Counted from the first letter of the stretch, positions 1 to 9,337 are shown. The stretch: DNA of 39,942 bases from Spirochaetaceae bacterium (GCA_030638735.1 DAOWEB010000404.1:1-39942), one strand, 5' to 3'. The notes: generated from the letters alone by a model not told the origin. Translations and numbers: made by a program.

Positions 1-261
1 AAATGTATCATGTACCCATTTTGATGATCCCCCTTTGATCAATTGGATGGCTTTCGATATTGATATTGTTACCGATAATGAAATTAACAGATGAACATGA
101 TCTGCAATTCCACCAATAGCAAGGGCTTTCATATTATTTTCTCTTGCAATACCTCCCATATATGACCATAAACGCTCCTGTAATTCCTTTGTTATTATTT
201 TTTTCCTATTATTTATCATAAACAACTAGCGCGTCAACAGGTGTGTATATGAATTTGCCAT
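1..261 (-). pseudogene. IS200/IS605-family Y1 (HUH) transposase, RAYT-like. Only the 5' part is present because it runs off the window start, and it is interrupted by an in-frame TAG
   Basis: Not in the ORF track. Reverse-strand translation from ATG 261..259 gives MANSYTHLLTR*LFMINNRKKIITKELQERLWSYMGGIARENNMKALAIGGIADHVHLLISLSVTISISKAIQLIKGGSSKWVHDTF. The MANxYT N-terminus, the HUH motif (DHVHLL) and GGSSKW are typical of Y1_Tnp/IS200-like proteins. The TAG at 228..226 replaces a hydrophobic residue of the first beta-strand seen in homologues. Confidence 0.6.
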
Positions 262-559
262 AATATTTATTCCTTACTCCTATTCTCAAATCTATCGTCC
301 CTACGGGATAAAGCTGCAACCTTCTATATACTTATATATATGGGAAAAAACGATATTTTACTTCAAAGGATCATTAGCTATGCATTGCCTGGGATATATC
401 TATATGAAACAGGGTTTATTAAGATTTATAAAAACCGAGATTGGAAATTACACCTGGAAAATTTCTTTCACTAGCCTTTTAGTCAGCTCCATGATATTAT
501 TTTAACATTACATACAGGGGATTTGTATACTAAACCTTCTGATAGTAAGGAGTTGAATA

Positions 560-1864
560 ATGCGAATAATTGATCTTATTATAAAGAAAAAAAGGGGAAA
601 AATTCTTTCCGGAGAAGAGATTAAATTTTTTATTGATGGTTATGTTTCCGGGGATATTCCCGATTATCAGGTATCTTCATTGCTCATGGCAATCTACTTT
701 CAGGGAATGAATAAGCAGGAAACTACAGATCTTACTCTTGCAATGGTTGATTCTGGTGACAGAGTTGATCTGTCAGCAATTAAAGGAATAAAGGTTGATA
801 AACACTCCACTGGAGGAGTAGCCGATACAGCCACATTAATAGTAGGCCCTCTTGTAGCTGCTTCTGGTGGGTTGGTAGCTAAAATGTCAGGTCGTGGTCT
901 TGGTCATACCGGGGGAACTCTGGATAAACTGGAATCAATTCCTGGATTAAATATTTCACAAACAATGGAAAGATTTGCTGAAATAGTTAATACCTGTGGT
1001 GTTTCTGTAATTGGTCAGACTGGAAATCTTGTTCCTGCTGACAAAAAACTTTATGCACTAAGGGATGTAACTGGTACTGTTGATAATGTATCTCTTATTT
1101 CAGGCAGTATAATGAGTAAGAAACTTGCTTCCGGAAGTGATAAAATAGTCCTGGATGTCAAAACAGGCAGTGGCGCTTTTATGAAAGATGTTGAAGGTGC
1201 AGTGGAGCTTGCGAAAATGATGGTTGATATAGGGACATTGGCTGGAAAGGAAACTGTTGCACTGGTTACAGATATGAATCAGCCATTAGGTAATGCTGTT
1301 GGGAATTCTCTTGAAGTTATAGAAGCTATCGAAATCCTTGCAGGACAGCATGAGGGAGATTTAAAAGCAGTTTCTGTTGCTCTTGCTTCCAAAATGCTTG
1401 TATTAGGTGAAATATTTTCTACTGAAAAAGAGGCAGTAGAAAAGATAAATGAAGTTATAGAAAATGGAGAGGCTTTAAATCGATTTGCCCAAATGATCAA
1501 AATGCAGGAAGGGGATCCGGAAGTTGTAAAAAATACTGGTCTTTTACCTGCTGCAGGCAGTATTATTGAGGTGAAAGCAGAGGCTGATGGTTATATCCAG
1601 TCAATGAATACAGAAAATATGGGTATGGTAGCACTTCTTTTAGGGGCTGGGCGAACTAAAAAAACGGATCTTGTAGATCCGGCTGTAGGTTACTGGCTTA
1701 AAAAAAGAATTGGAGATTTAGTGAAAAAGGGAGATGTTCTGGCCGATTTTCATGTTAATGACAGAAAAAATCTTGACGAATCAATAGAACTCTTTAAAAA
1801 ATCAATAATTATTGGAAAAAATCCAGGGAAGAAGATAGATTTAATTTATAATACAATTAGTTAA
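560..1864 (+). CDS. pdp: Pyrimidine-nucleoside (thymidine) phosphorylase
   Basis: 434-aa ORF. N-terminal IIxKKRxGxxLSxEEIxFFIxGYVxGxIPDYQxSxLLMAIYFxGM and the KHSTGG and SGRGLGHTGGTLDKLE motifs are characteristic of the thymidine/pyrimidine-nucleoside phosphorylase family. AAGGAG lies upstream of the ATG. Confidence 0.9.
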   Translation: MRIIDLIIKKKRGKILSGEEIKFFIDGYVSGDIPDYQVSSLLMAIYFQGMNKQETTDLTLAMVDSGDRVDLSAIKGIKVDKHSTGGVADTATLIVGPLVAASGGLVAKMSGRGLGHTGGTLDKLESIPGLNISQTMERFAEIVNTCGVSVIGQTGNLVPADKKLYALRDVTGTVDNVSLISGSIMSKKLASGSDKIVLDVKTGSGAFMKDVEGAVELAKMMVDIGTLAGKETVALVTDMNQPLGNAVGNSLEVIEAIEILAGQHEGDLKAVSVALASKMLVLGEIFSTEKEAVEKINEVIENGEALNRFAQMIKMQEGDPEVVKNTGLLPAAGSIIEVKAEADGYIQSMNTENMGMVALLLGAGRTKKTDLVDPAVGYWLKKRIGDLVKKGDVLADFHVNDRKNLDESIELFKKSIIIGKNPGKKIDLIYNTIS

Positions 1865-1881
1865 TTATTATAGGGGGAAAA

Positions 1882-4383
1882 ATGAAATTATCAAAAATAA
1901 TGCAGTTTAGTCTGGCTTTTCTAATAATATTTTTAATGGCAGGTCAATTATTTGCTTTTGGGAATAAAGAGGCGCCCGATGTTCCTCCTATAACTTCCGG
2001 AACACAGTATCTTTCTCCTGATTCCAATGGAGTTCAGGATACAGCTATTCTCTCGTTTTCGGTAAAAGTGTATGTAAAAAGTGATGATGGGTATGTTCCG
2101 GAGTATGGTCTGCAGATTCTTGATTCCTCTGGTGGTGTAATGAAAGAAGTTGTAGAGACTGAGAAATCGGATATAGGGTGGTTTTCCTCAATTTTCCGCG
2201 GGTACAGTGAATTTACGCTGGACAGGAGTATATCCTGGGATGGAACCAACCAAAATGGAGATACAGTTTCAGATGGTGTCTATAGTGTAAAACTATGGGT
2301 TGTTGATTCCTCAAAAAACAGGAAGGATATAGATGTTGATGATTTCGTAGTAGATGTCCGGAAGCCTGAAGCGATAATTGTTAAACCTGAAGAACTGATT
2401 TTTTCTCCCAATGAAGATGATTTTCTTGATTTATTTGAGATAAGCCATACTCAGGCAACAGAGGAAGCCCTTTGGGAAGCATCCATGCTGGATGAGTCTG
2501 GTGATATAGTAAAATCGTTTTCCTTTAAAAATGGGGTTCCCGGTGAGGTTTCCTGGGATGGAACAGACAATTCCAATCAGGCTCTGTCTGAGGGTACCTA
2601 TTCCTATGCACTTTCATCAACGGATGAGTCCGGAAACGTATCTGATCCTATTTTATTAGATGGAATTATTCTTGATTTAACTTTAACATCAATTGGGATT
2701 GTTATAGATAATCCTGCTATTTCTCCTGACGGCAATGGTATAAAAGATTCAATGATTATTTACATGGATCAGGCAGTAAAAGAGGGTATAAAATCCTGGG
2801 AATGGCAGATTAGAAAAGATGATGCAACTGTTTACTGGAATGTATCAGGAACCGGGGTAGTGCCGGAGGAGGTTCTCTTTGATGGAACTGATTCTGATGG
2901 AAATTCAATGCCCGAAGGAAATTATAGTTTTATCTCTATTGTGACCTATGAAAATGGAAACAGGCCTACATCAACAGAACCATTTGTAATAGATGTGAGT
3001 GCTCCGGATATTTCGGTGAATATTACCAATCCGATATTTTCACCAAATGGAGACGGTATTAAGGATGAAGTAAAAATTAAGCTTAAATCCAATGAAGTTG
3101 TTGTATGGGAAGGGAGTATTCTTGATTCTACTGGCAAAGATATAGTTTCAACCAGCTCAGATATTACTACATCATTAATAGTCTGGGATGGTAATAATGA
3201 ATATGGAATGAAGCTTCCTAACGGTAACTATGCCCTTATAGCTACTTTTACAGATCCTGCCGGTAACAGTACCAGTATAAATCCTTCACTTTTGAATTTA
3301 AACAGAGATCCTGTAGATATTGCTCTAAAAACTGCAAGGGGGTTTTCTCCTGACAATGATGGAGCAAGTGATAGTTTGATTGTTCTTGTAGATTCCAGCT
3401 TGTATGACAATCTGGAAAGCTGGAGTCTGGATGTACTGGATGCAGATGGTAATATTGTAAGAGATATTCAAGGTTTTGATATTCTTCCTCCTGAAATTAC
3501 CTGGGATGGAACAGTATTAAATAATGATGGTAAAGTCAGTGTTGCTGTAGAAGGGCAGTATAAGGTCAGACTGTCTGCTGATTATAAGAAAGGTGATAGT
3601 ATAGTTACTATTTCAGATAGTTTTGTTCTTGATAATACTGATCCTGAAATTTATGTAGATGCAACATCAAATCCTTTTGCTGTTTCTTCTGATGATGAAG
3701 TTGAAGGTGAAGTCTATGTAACTCTTAAAGTTATTGACAATACAGAAATTAATAATTGGTCAATGGATGTCTTAAATACTAAGGGAGACATTATCAGATC
3801 CTATTCAGGTTCAGGAGATCCTTCCGGTGACATAACCTGGAACTCTGCTGAATCAAATGGTGGTACCAGTATTTCTATTGATAATCCGGATTTTGTATTA
3901 AGGCTTACTGTAATTGATCTGGGTGGAAATGAATCTGTCTTTGAAAAAGATCTTCCTTTGGATATCCTTCTTGTGATAAAAGATGGTAAAAAATATCTTT
4001 CTGTTCCAAATATTATATTTGGTGCTTATAAACATACGCTTTTCTCTGCCGGAGCTGAACAGCTTAAAGGTAATAATAACTCTCTGGACAGAGTGGCTGC
4101 AATTTATCAAAAATATCCTGCATATGGGCTTATTCTTGAAGGGCATGCGCTAAATATCTATCTTGAAGGGCCACGAGAGGATAGAGAAGAGAAAATTTTA
4201 CTTCCTCTGACAGCCAGAAGAGCTTCCACTGTAAAAGATGCTCTGGTACAGCGGGGCATTTTAGAATCTAAAATCAGCACGGAAGCATATGGAGGACAGT
4301 TTCCTGTTGTTTCTGTAACTGATAAGACTCAGTGGTCGAAAAACCGTCGTGTTGAATTTGTGATGACAGATCCTGTTGAATAA
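1882..4383 (+). CDS. Secreted OmpA-family protein with about six tandem FlgD-Ig-like modules and a C-terminal OmpA/peptidoglycan-binding domain
   Basis: 833-aa ORF with a signal peptide (LMAGQLFA/FG). The module pair SP(D/N)xxGxxD ... (W/F)DG(T/N)xxxGxxxxxGxY recurs about six times at a spacing of about 100 aa. The C-terminus ends ...SKNRRVEFV, typical of OmpA-like domains. Confidence 0.8.
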   Translation: MKLSKIMQFSLAFLIIFLMAGQLFAFGNKEAPDVPPITSGTQYLSPDSNGVQDTAILSFSVKVYVKSDDGYVPEYGLQILDSSGGVMKEVVETEKSDIGWFSSIFRGYSEFTLDRSISWDGTNQNGDTVSDGVYSVKLWVVDSSKNRKDIDVDDFVVDVRKPEAIIVKPEELIFSPNEDDFLDLFEISHTQATEEALWEASMLDESGDIVKSFSFKNGVPGEVSWDGTDNSNQALSEGTYSYALSSTDESGNVSDPILLDGIILDLTLTSIGIVIDNPAISPDGNGIKDSMIIYMDQAVKEGIKSWEWQIRKDDATVYWNVSGTGVVPEEVLFDGTDSDGNSMPEGNYSFISIVTYENGNRPTSTEPFVIDVSAPDISVNITNPIFSPNGDGIKDEVKIKLKSNEVVVWEGSILDSTGKDIVSTSSDITTSLIVWDGNNEYGMKLPNGNYALIATFTDPAGNSTSINPSLLNLNRDPVDIALKTARGFSPDNDGASDSLIVLVDSSLYDNLESWSLDVLDADGNIVRDIQGFDILPPEITWDGTVLNNDGKVSVAVEGQYKVRLSADYKKGDSIVTISDSFVLDNTDPEIYVDATSNPFAVSSDDEVEGEVYVTLKVIDNTEINNWSMDVLNTKGDIIRSYSGSGDPSGDITWNSAESNGGTSISIDNPDFVLRLTVIDLGGNESVFEKDLPLDILLVIKDGKKYLSVPNIIFGAYKHTLFSAGAEQLKGNNNSLDRVAAIYQKYPAYGLILEGHALNIYLEGPREDREEKILLPLTARRASTVKDALVQRGILESKISTEAYGGQFPVVSVTDKTQWSKNRRVEFVMTDPVE

Positions 4384-4389
4384 AATTCC

Positions 4390-4417
4390 GTAGGGGACGC
4401 AGATCTGCGTCCCCTAC
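4390..4417. repeat. REP-like GC-rich perfect palindrome (GTAGGGGACGCAGA/TCTGCGTCCCCTAC)
   Basis: 28-nt perfect inverted repeat lying 7 nt after the OmpA-family stop codon. It has GTAG/CTAC termini and no adjacent T-tract. It is related to the hairpin at 34639..34672. Confidence 0.6.
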
Positions 4418-4532
4418 AAATTACGTCTCCGACAATGTTACCTGTGTCCCTTTAAATAAAATACATATTTTTCTTTAAATCTTTCATTTGACATAAAATA
4501 TACATAGAAGTGTTAAAAAATTAACAAATCAA

Positions 4533-4560
4533 TTGACTTTCTTGACAAGTGGATTATACT
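4533..4560 (+). promoter_or_regulatory. Candidate sigma-70 promoter for the BMP/ABC nucleoside transporter operon
   Basis: TTGACT (4533..4538), a 16-nt spacer, then TATACT (4555..4560). AAGGAG and the ATG at 4600 lie downstream. Confidence 0.35.
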
Positions 4561-4599
4561 GAGTTAATGTTAGGATAATCTATAAAGGAGAAGGAAAAA

Positions 4600-5679
4600 A
4601 TGAAAAGAGTAATAGTTATTTTGCTTGCAATTATGTTTATTGCAAATTTTGCGTTTGCTGGTGGTGATCAGGAAGCAAGTAGTTCAGCAAGCCTGAAAGT
4701 AGGTATGGTTACAGATGCCGGAACAATCGATGATAAATCTTTTAACCAGGGTACATGGGAAGGAATTCTTGAAGCAGAAAAAGATATGGATATTACAACT
4801 AAATATCTTAAACCTGTTGGAACAACTGAAGCAGATTATATGAAAGAAATTGGTAACCTGTACGATGCCGGATTTAGATTTATGGTTACTCCGGGATTTA
4901 AATTTGAAACAACAATTTTCCAGGTTCAGGATAAATATCCAGACTGTAAATTTGTTCTTATTGATGGTGCACCTCATAATGCTGACTGGAGTGTATTTAA
5001 CACAGCTGATAACACAGTTTCAATTTTCTTTGCAGAGCACGAATCAGGATTTTTAGCTGGTGTTGCATCTGCTCTTCAGATTAAAGAAGGGGAAATGGGA
5101 TTTATTGGTGGTATGGAAATTCCTCCAGTACAGAAGTTTAACTGGGGATTCCAGCAGGGTGTTGCATATGCAAACGATAAGTATGGTACAACAGTTGTTC
5201 TTAATGCAGAAAATATCATCTATCAGGGTACATTTAGTGACGTTGCTGCCGGTCAGCAGTTAGCTGCACAGATGTATGATAAGGGTGTTTCCGTTATCTT
5301 TGCAGCAGCTGGTGGAGTTGGTGTTGGTGCTATTAATGAAGCTAAATCACGTGCAAAATCAGGTGAAGAAGTATGGATAGTCGGTGTTGATGTAGATCAG
5401 TATGCTGATGGTATATTTGATGGTAAAAAATCTATTATCCTTACATCTGCTATGAAAAGAATTGATACTGCTGCTTATGATATGATCAAAGCAGAACTCG
5501 GTGGAACCTTTCCTGGTGGAGAAACATTGATTTTTAATGCTGCCAATAATGGTGTCAGCATTCCTGCCAAGAATCCAAACCTTGATTCTTCTGTAGAATC
5601 AAAAGTTGGAGATGTTTTTGACATGATTAAATCAGGTGCTATAGTTGTAGCTGCTGAACAGGGAAGTCTAATTAAATAA
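4600..5679 (+). CDS. BMP-family (PnrA/Med/TmpC-like) nucleoside-binding protein of an ABC transporter
   Basis: 359-aa ORF with a signal peptide, then KVGMVTDxGxIDDKSFNQxxWEG and ...GVDVDQ..., typical of basic-membrane-protein family binding proteins. The matching ATPase and two permeases follow. Confidence 0.9.
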   Translation: MKRVIVILLAIMFIANFAFAGGDQEASSSASLKVGMVTDAGTIDDKSFNQGTWEGILEAEKDMDITTKYLKPVGTTEADYMKEIGNLYDAGFRFMVTPGFKFETTIFQVQDKYPDCKFVLIDGAPHNADWSVFNTADNTVSIFFAEHESGFLAGVASALQIKEGEMGFIGGMEIPPVQKFNWGFQQGVAYANDKYGTTVVLNAENIIYQGTFSDVAAGQQLAAQMYDKGVSVIFAAAGGVGVGAINEAKSRAKSGEEVWIVGVDVDQYADGIFDGKKSIILTSAMKRIDTAAYDMIKAELGGTFPGGETLIFNAANNGVSIPAKNPNLDSSVESKVGDVFDMIKSGAIVVAAEQGSLIK

Positions 5680-5697
5680 TTAGTATTTCTATTTATT

Positions 5698-5722
5698 AAG
5701 AGGGGTAGAAACTACCCCTCTT
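5698..5722 (+). terminator. Hairpin between the binding-protein and ATPase genes, a possible partial terminator or attenuator
   Basis: AAGAGGGGTAG-AAA-CTACCCCTCTT forms an 11-bp stem, followed by AATTTTTA. Confidence 0.5.
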
Positions 5723-5809
5723 AATTTTTATAATTTCAAAAATAATTAATAATATATCTTTAATTATATCTATTAGAAAAAATTAAAATCAGATTCTACG
5801 GGGTTATAT

Positions 5810-7333
5810 ATGGATTATATAGTGGAAATGCTGAATATCAGAAAAGAATTTCCCGGAATTGTAGCTAATGATGATATATCAATTAATCTTAAAAAAGGGG
5901 AAATTCACGCTCTTCTAGGTGAAAATGGTGCAGGTAAATCCACCCTTATGAGCATTCTTTTTGGTTTGTATAAGCCTGATAAAGGGCAGATCAAAGTGAA
6001 TGGCCAGGAGGTTAGTATTCATAATCCGAATCAGGCAAATGATCTTGGTATCGGAATGGTTCATCAGCATTTTAAACTGGTGCACAATTTTACTGTTACA
6101 GAAAATATAATTTTAGGTTTAGAGCCTAAACATGGTCTTTTTTTAAGTCTTAAAGCAGCTTCTGAAAGGATAAGGGAACTATCTGAAAAATATAAACTTA
6201 ATGTTGATCCGGATGCGTTAATAGAAAATGTATCAGTTGGAATGCAGCAGAGATGTGAAATACTTAAAATGCTTTATCGAAATGCAGAGGTTCTTATTTT
6301 TGATGAACCAACAGCAGTTCTAACTCCCCAGGAGATTCTGGAACTTATTAAAATTATGAAAAATTTAACAGAAGAGGGTAAATCTATTCTTCTGATTACA
6401 CATAAATTAAAAGAGATTAAAGCTGTAGCTGATAGGTGTACTGTTATCCGGCGCGGTAAAATGATCGGAACAGTTGAGGTTGCAGATAAATCTACAGCCG
6501 ATATGGCTGAGATGATGGTTGGAAGAGTTGTCTCTTTTAATGTTGATAAAAAAGAGCAGGAAGCTGGTGATGTTGTTCTTGAAGTTAAGGATCTTTCCGT
6601 TTTGGGACATCAAGGTGTTCCGACACTGAAAAATTTTTCTTTTACAGTGCGTTCCGGTGAAATACTCGGAATAGCCGGAGTAGACGGCAATGGTCAGACA
6701 GAACTTGTTGAAGCCATTACCGGACTGGCAAAAATTGAAAGTGGTTCTATTTTACTCGATAATATAGACATTACCGGTTACTCCATTAGAGAGCGAATCT
6801 ATGCTGGTATGGCTCATATTCCTGAAGATCGTCACAAGCATGGTCTTGTTCTCGATTATTCTCTTGAAGAGAATATGGTCCTTGAGATTTACAATAAAAA
6901 CCCTTACGCCACAAAAGGATTTCTCAATAAGCCTGAAATTCGGTTTCATGCTGATAAAATAATCGAAGATTTTGATGTCAGATCCGGTGAAGGACCGGTT
7001 ACAATTACACGCTCAATGTCCGGTGGTAACCAGCAGAAGGCAATTGTTGGCAGAGAAGTTGATCATGATCCTGATTTATTAATTGCTGTTCAGCCCACAA
7101 GAGGTCTGGATGTGGGGTCAATAGAATATATTCATAAGAGACTTGTTGAGCAAAGAGATAATGGGAAAGCTGTTTTACTTGTTTCTTTGGAGCTTGATGA
7201 GATTCTGGATCTGTCTGATCGTATAGTTATTATTGCAGGTGGAGAAAAAGTCGGTGTTGTGAAAGCATCTGAGACAAATGAAAATGAAGTTGGCCTTATG
7301 ATGGCTGGTGTAGGAAAGGGAGATACTCCTTGA
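5810..7333 (+). CDS. ABC transporter ATP-binding protein with duplicated ATPase domains (nucleoside/sugar CUT2 type)
   Basis: 507-aa ORF. Walker A is GENGAGKST. The first signature is degenerate, and the second half carries LSGGNQQK and LLIAVQPTRGLDV. This two-domain layout is typical of RbsA/NupO/RnsB-like ATPases. Confidence 0.9.
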   Translation: MDYIVEMLNIRKEFPGIVANDDISINLKKGEIHALLGENGAGKSTLMSILFGLYKPDKGQIKVNGQEVSIHNPNQANDLGIGMVHQHFKLVHNFTVTENIILGLEPKHGLFLSLKAASERIRELSEKYKLNVDPDALIENVSVGMQQRCEILKMLYRNAEVLIFDEPTAVLTPQEILELIKIMKNLTEEGKSILLITHKLKEIKAVADRCTVIRRGKMIGTVEVADKSTADMAEMMVGRVVSFNVDKKEQEAGDVVLEVKDLSVLGHQGVPTLKNFSFTVRSGEILGIAGVDGNGQTELVEAITGLAKIESGSILLDNIDITGYSIRERIYAGMAHIPEDRHKHGLVLDYSLEENMVLEIYNKNPYATKGFLNKPEIRFHADKIIEDFDVRSGEGPVTITRSMSGGNQQKAIVGREVDHDPDLLIAVQPTRGLDVGSIEYIHKRLVEQRDNGKAVLLVSLELDEILDLSDRIVIIAGGEKVGVVKASETNENEVGLMMAGVGKGDTP

Positions 7334-8388
7334 AAATAAAAATTAATAAACAAATATATGTAGGATTAATTTCAGTCCTGCTTGGACTTATTGCTGGTGC
7401 CATACTAATGGCTTTTACAGGAAATAATCCATTTCTGGGATATTCATATCTGTTTCGCGGCGGTTTAATGAATATAGAAAGAATCGGTAATACTTTGGCT
7501 ACAGCAACACCTTTAATATTTACAGGTTTGTCTGTGGCTTTTGCCTTTAAAACCGGTTTATTCAATATTGGTGCTTCCGGTCAGATGTTATTTGGTGGTC
7601 TTTGTGCTACTGCTGTAGCTCTGACTTTTAATATGCCAAGAGCAGTTCTTCTTCCCACCATGATTATGGCAGCAATGCTGGGTGGTGGTTTATGGGCTTT
7701 TATACCAGGATTATTGAAAGCTAAGTTTAACGTTCATGAGGTTGTATCGACAATTATGATGAACTGGATAGCTTATTGGACTATCTATTATACAGTTCCT
7801 GCTTTCTTTAAAGGTGAGTTTCTTGAGACTGAATCAAGATCAATTCCGAAAATTGCATCATTAAAAGCTGATTGGCTGACAGATCTGTTTAATGGCTCTT
7901 TTATCAACTATGGTTTGTTTCTCGCCATAGCTGCGGTTGTTGTTATAGGAATTATACTCAATAAAACTGTTTTAGGCTTTGAACTGAAAGCGGCAGGTTA
8001 TAATAGATTTGGTGCTGAATATGCAGGTATGAAAGTTAACCGGAATATAGTTTTATCCATGGTAATTGCAGGAGCTTTAGCCGGCCTGGGAGGGGCAACT
8101 TATTATGTAGGCTATGCTTCAAATATCCAGATAGGTGTTCTCCCTACTTTAGGATTTGATGGAATTGCTGCCGCACTGTTAGGTGGATTAAACCCTTATG
8201 GTGTTATGGCTGCTTCGATTTTCTTTGGTATATTTCATTCAGGTAAGGGATTTATGAATGCTATGACTTCTATTCCACCAGAGATCGGGGATACGATAAT
8301 TGCTACAATCATCTATTTTGCAGCAACAAGTGTTCTGATCGAAAGGGCCATGAATGCTTTTAGTAAAAAAGTAAAAGGAGAAAACTAA
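7330..8388 (+). CDS. ABC transporter permease (BMP-system, NupP/RnsC-like)
   Basis: 352-aa polytopic membrane ORF. Its TTG start overlaps the ATPase TGA (TTGA). It contains NIGxxGQM and GGxNPxG motifs typical of this permease family. Confidence 0.85.
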   Translation: MKIKINKQIYVGLISVLLGLIAGAILMAFTGNNPFLGYSYLFRGGLMNIERIGNTLATATPLIFTGLSVAFAFKTGLFNIGASGQMLFGGLCATAVALTFNMPRAVLLPTMIMAAMLGGGLWAFIPGLLKAKFNVHEVVSTIMMNWIAYWTIYYTVPAFFKGEFLETESRSIPKIASLKADWLTDLFNGSFINYGLFLAIAAVVVIGIILNKTVLGFELKAAGYNRFGAEYAGMKVNRNIVLSMVIAGALAGLGGATYYVGYASNIQIGVLPTLGFDGIAAALLGGLNPYGVMAASIFFGIFHSGKGFMNAMTSIPPEIGDTIIATIIYFAATSVLIERAMNAFSKKVKGEN

Positions 8389-8389
8389 G

Positions 8390-9337
8390 ATGTGGGTATT
8401 ATTAACACAAATTTTTCCATATGCCATAGCTTTTACAATCCCATTACTAATTACTTCTCTTGGAGGGCTTTTCAGCGAGAGGAGTGGAGTTGTTAATATC
8501 GGACTGGAAGGACTCATGGTTGTAGGTATGTTTGCCAGTGCTGTGACTATATCATCATTACAACCAGTTCTACCTGAAGGAGCTATTTGGATTGGACTTC
8601 TTTCTGCCATGGTATTCGGAGCCTTATTTTCTCTTTTACATGCATTTGCCAGTATCAATCTTAATGCGGATCAGGTTATCAGTGGAACAGCAATCAATAT
8701 GATAGCTGGTGCATTGACCGTTTTTATTGCAAGAAATATGACAGGAAGCGGTAATATTCGTATTATAAGTGGTTTTGCAAGAATGAATATTCCGGTTCTG
8801 CACAAGATTCCTATACTTGGGAAATTGTTTTTTACTCAAACATATATTTCAACATGGCTTGTATTATTTATTCTTTTAATTTCATGGATTGTCATTTATA
8901 AAACAGCCTTTGGACTTAGACTAAGATCCTGTGGGGAACATCCCCATGCTGCAGATGCAGCAGGAGTTAATGTATATTTTATACGTTACATGAGTGTAAT
9001 GATATCGGGAGCTTTTGCAGGACTGGGTGGAGCTGTACTGCTTGTAACAATTGCCGGTGAGTTCAGTGGTTCTGTAGCCGGATTAGGATTTCTCTCACTG
9101 GCTGCATTAATTTTTGGACAATGGAAACCTCTGGGAATACTTGGAGCAACTTTTTTCTTTGGTTTTTCTGCAACTCTGGCCAATGTGTCACAGGTTGTCC
9201 CCGCACTGGCTTCTATACCGGGTATTATATTAAAGACATTCCCGTATGTTGTGACACTGATTGCTTTAATTATATTTTCAAAATCTTCACAGGCTCCAAA
9301 AGCAATTGGAGAACCATTTGAACATGGGAAAAGGTAA
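8390..9337 (+). CDS. ABC transporter permease (BMP-system, NupQ/RnsD-like)
   Basis: 315-aa polytopic membrane ORF beginning 1 nt after the previous stop. GLFSERSGVVNIGLEGxM is typical of the second permease of BMP-type nucleoside transporters. Confidence 0.85.
   Translation: MWVLLTQIFPYAIAFTIPLLITSLGGLFSERSGVVNIGLEGLMVVGMFASAVTISSLQPVLPEGAIWIGLLSAMVFGALFSLLHAFASINLNADQVISGTAINMIAGALTVFIARNMTGSGNIRIISGFARMNIPVLHKIPILGKLFFTQTYISTWLVLFILLISWIVIYKTAFGLRLRSCGEHPHAADAAGVNVYFIRYMSVMISGAFAGLGGAVLLVTIAGEFSGSVAGLGFLSLAALIFGQWKPLGILGATFFFGFSATLANVSQVVPALASIPGIILKTFPYVVTLIALIIFSKSSQAPKAIGEPFEHGKR

Noticed and set aside
340-474. 44-aa ORF (MGKNDILLQRIISYALPGIYLYETGFIKIYKNRDWKLHLENFFH) in the gap between the transposase relic and pdp.
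   Set aside because: It has no SD (the upstream sequence is TATATAT) and no recognisable motif, and it is short. It cannot be supported from sequence alone.
8239-8658. 139-aa minus-strand ORF. Similar antisense ORFs occur at 1279..1500, 7296..7565, 12577..12945, 17667..18035, 30356..30673 and 31290..31559.
   Set aside because: They lie entirely antisense to, or out of frame within, genes with strong family signatures. Their translations are low-complexity or Cys/Ser/Ile-rich with no motifs and no SD. This is the expected background in AT-rich DNA.
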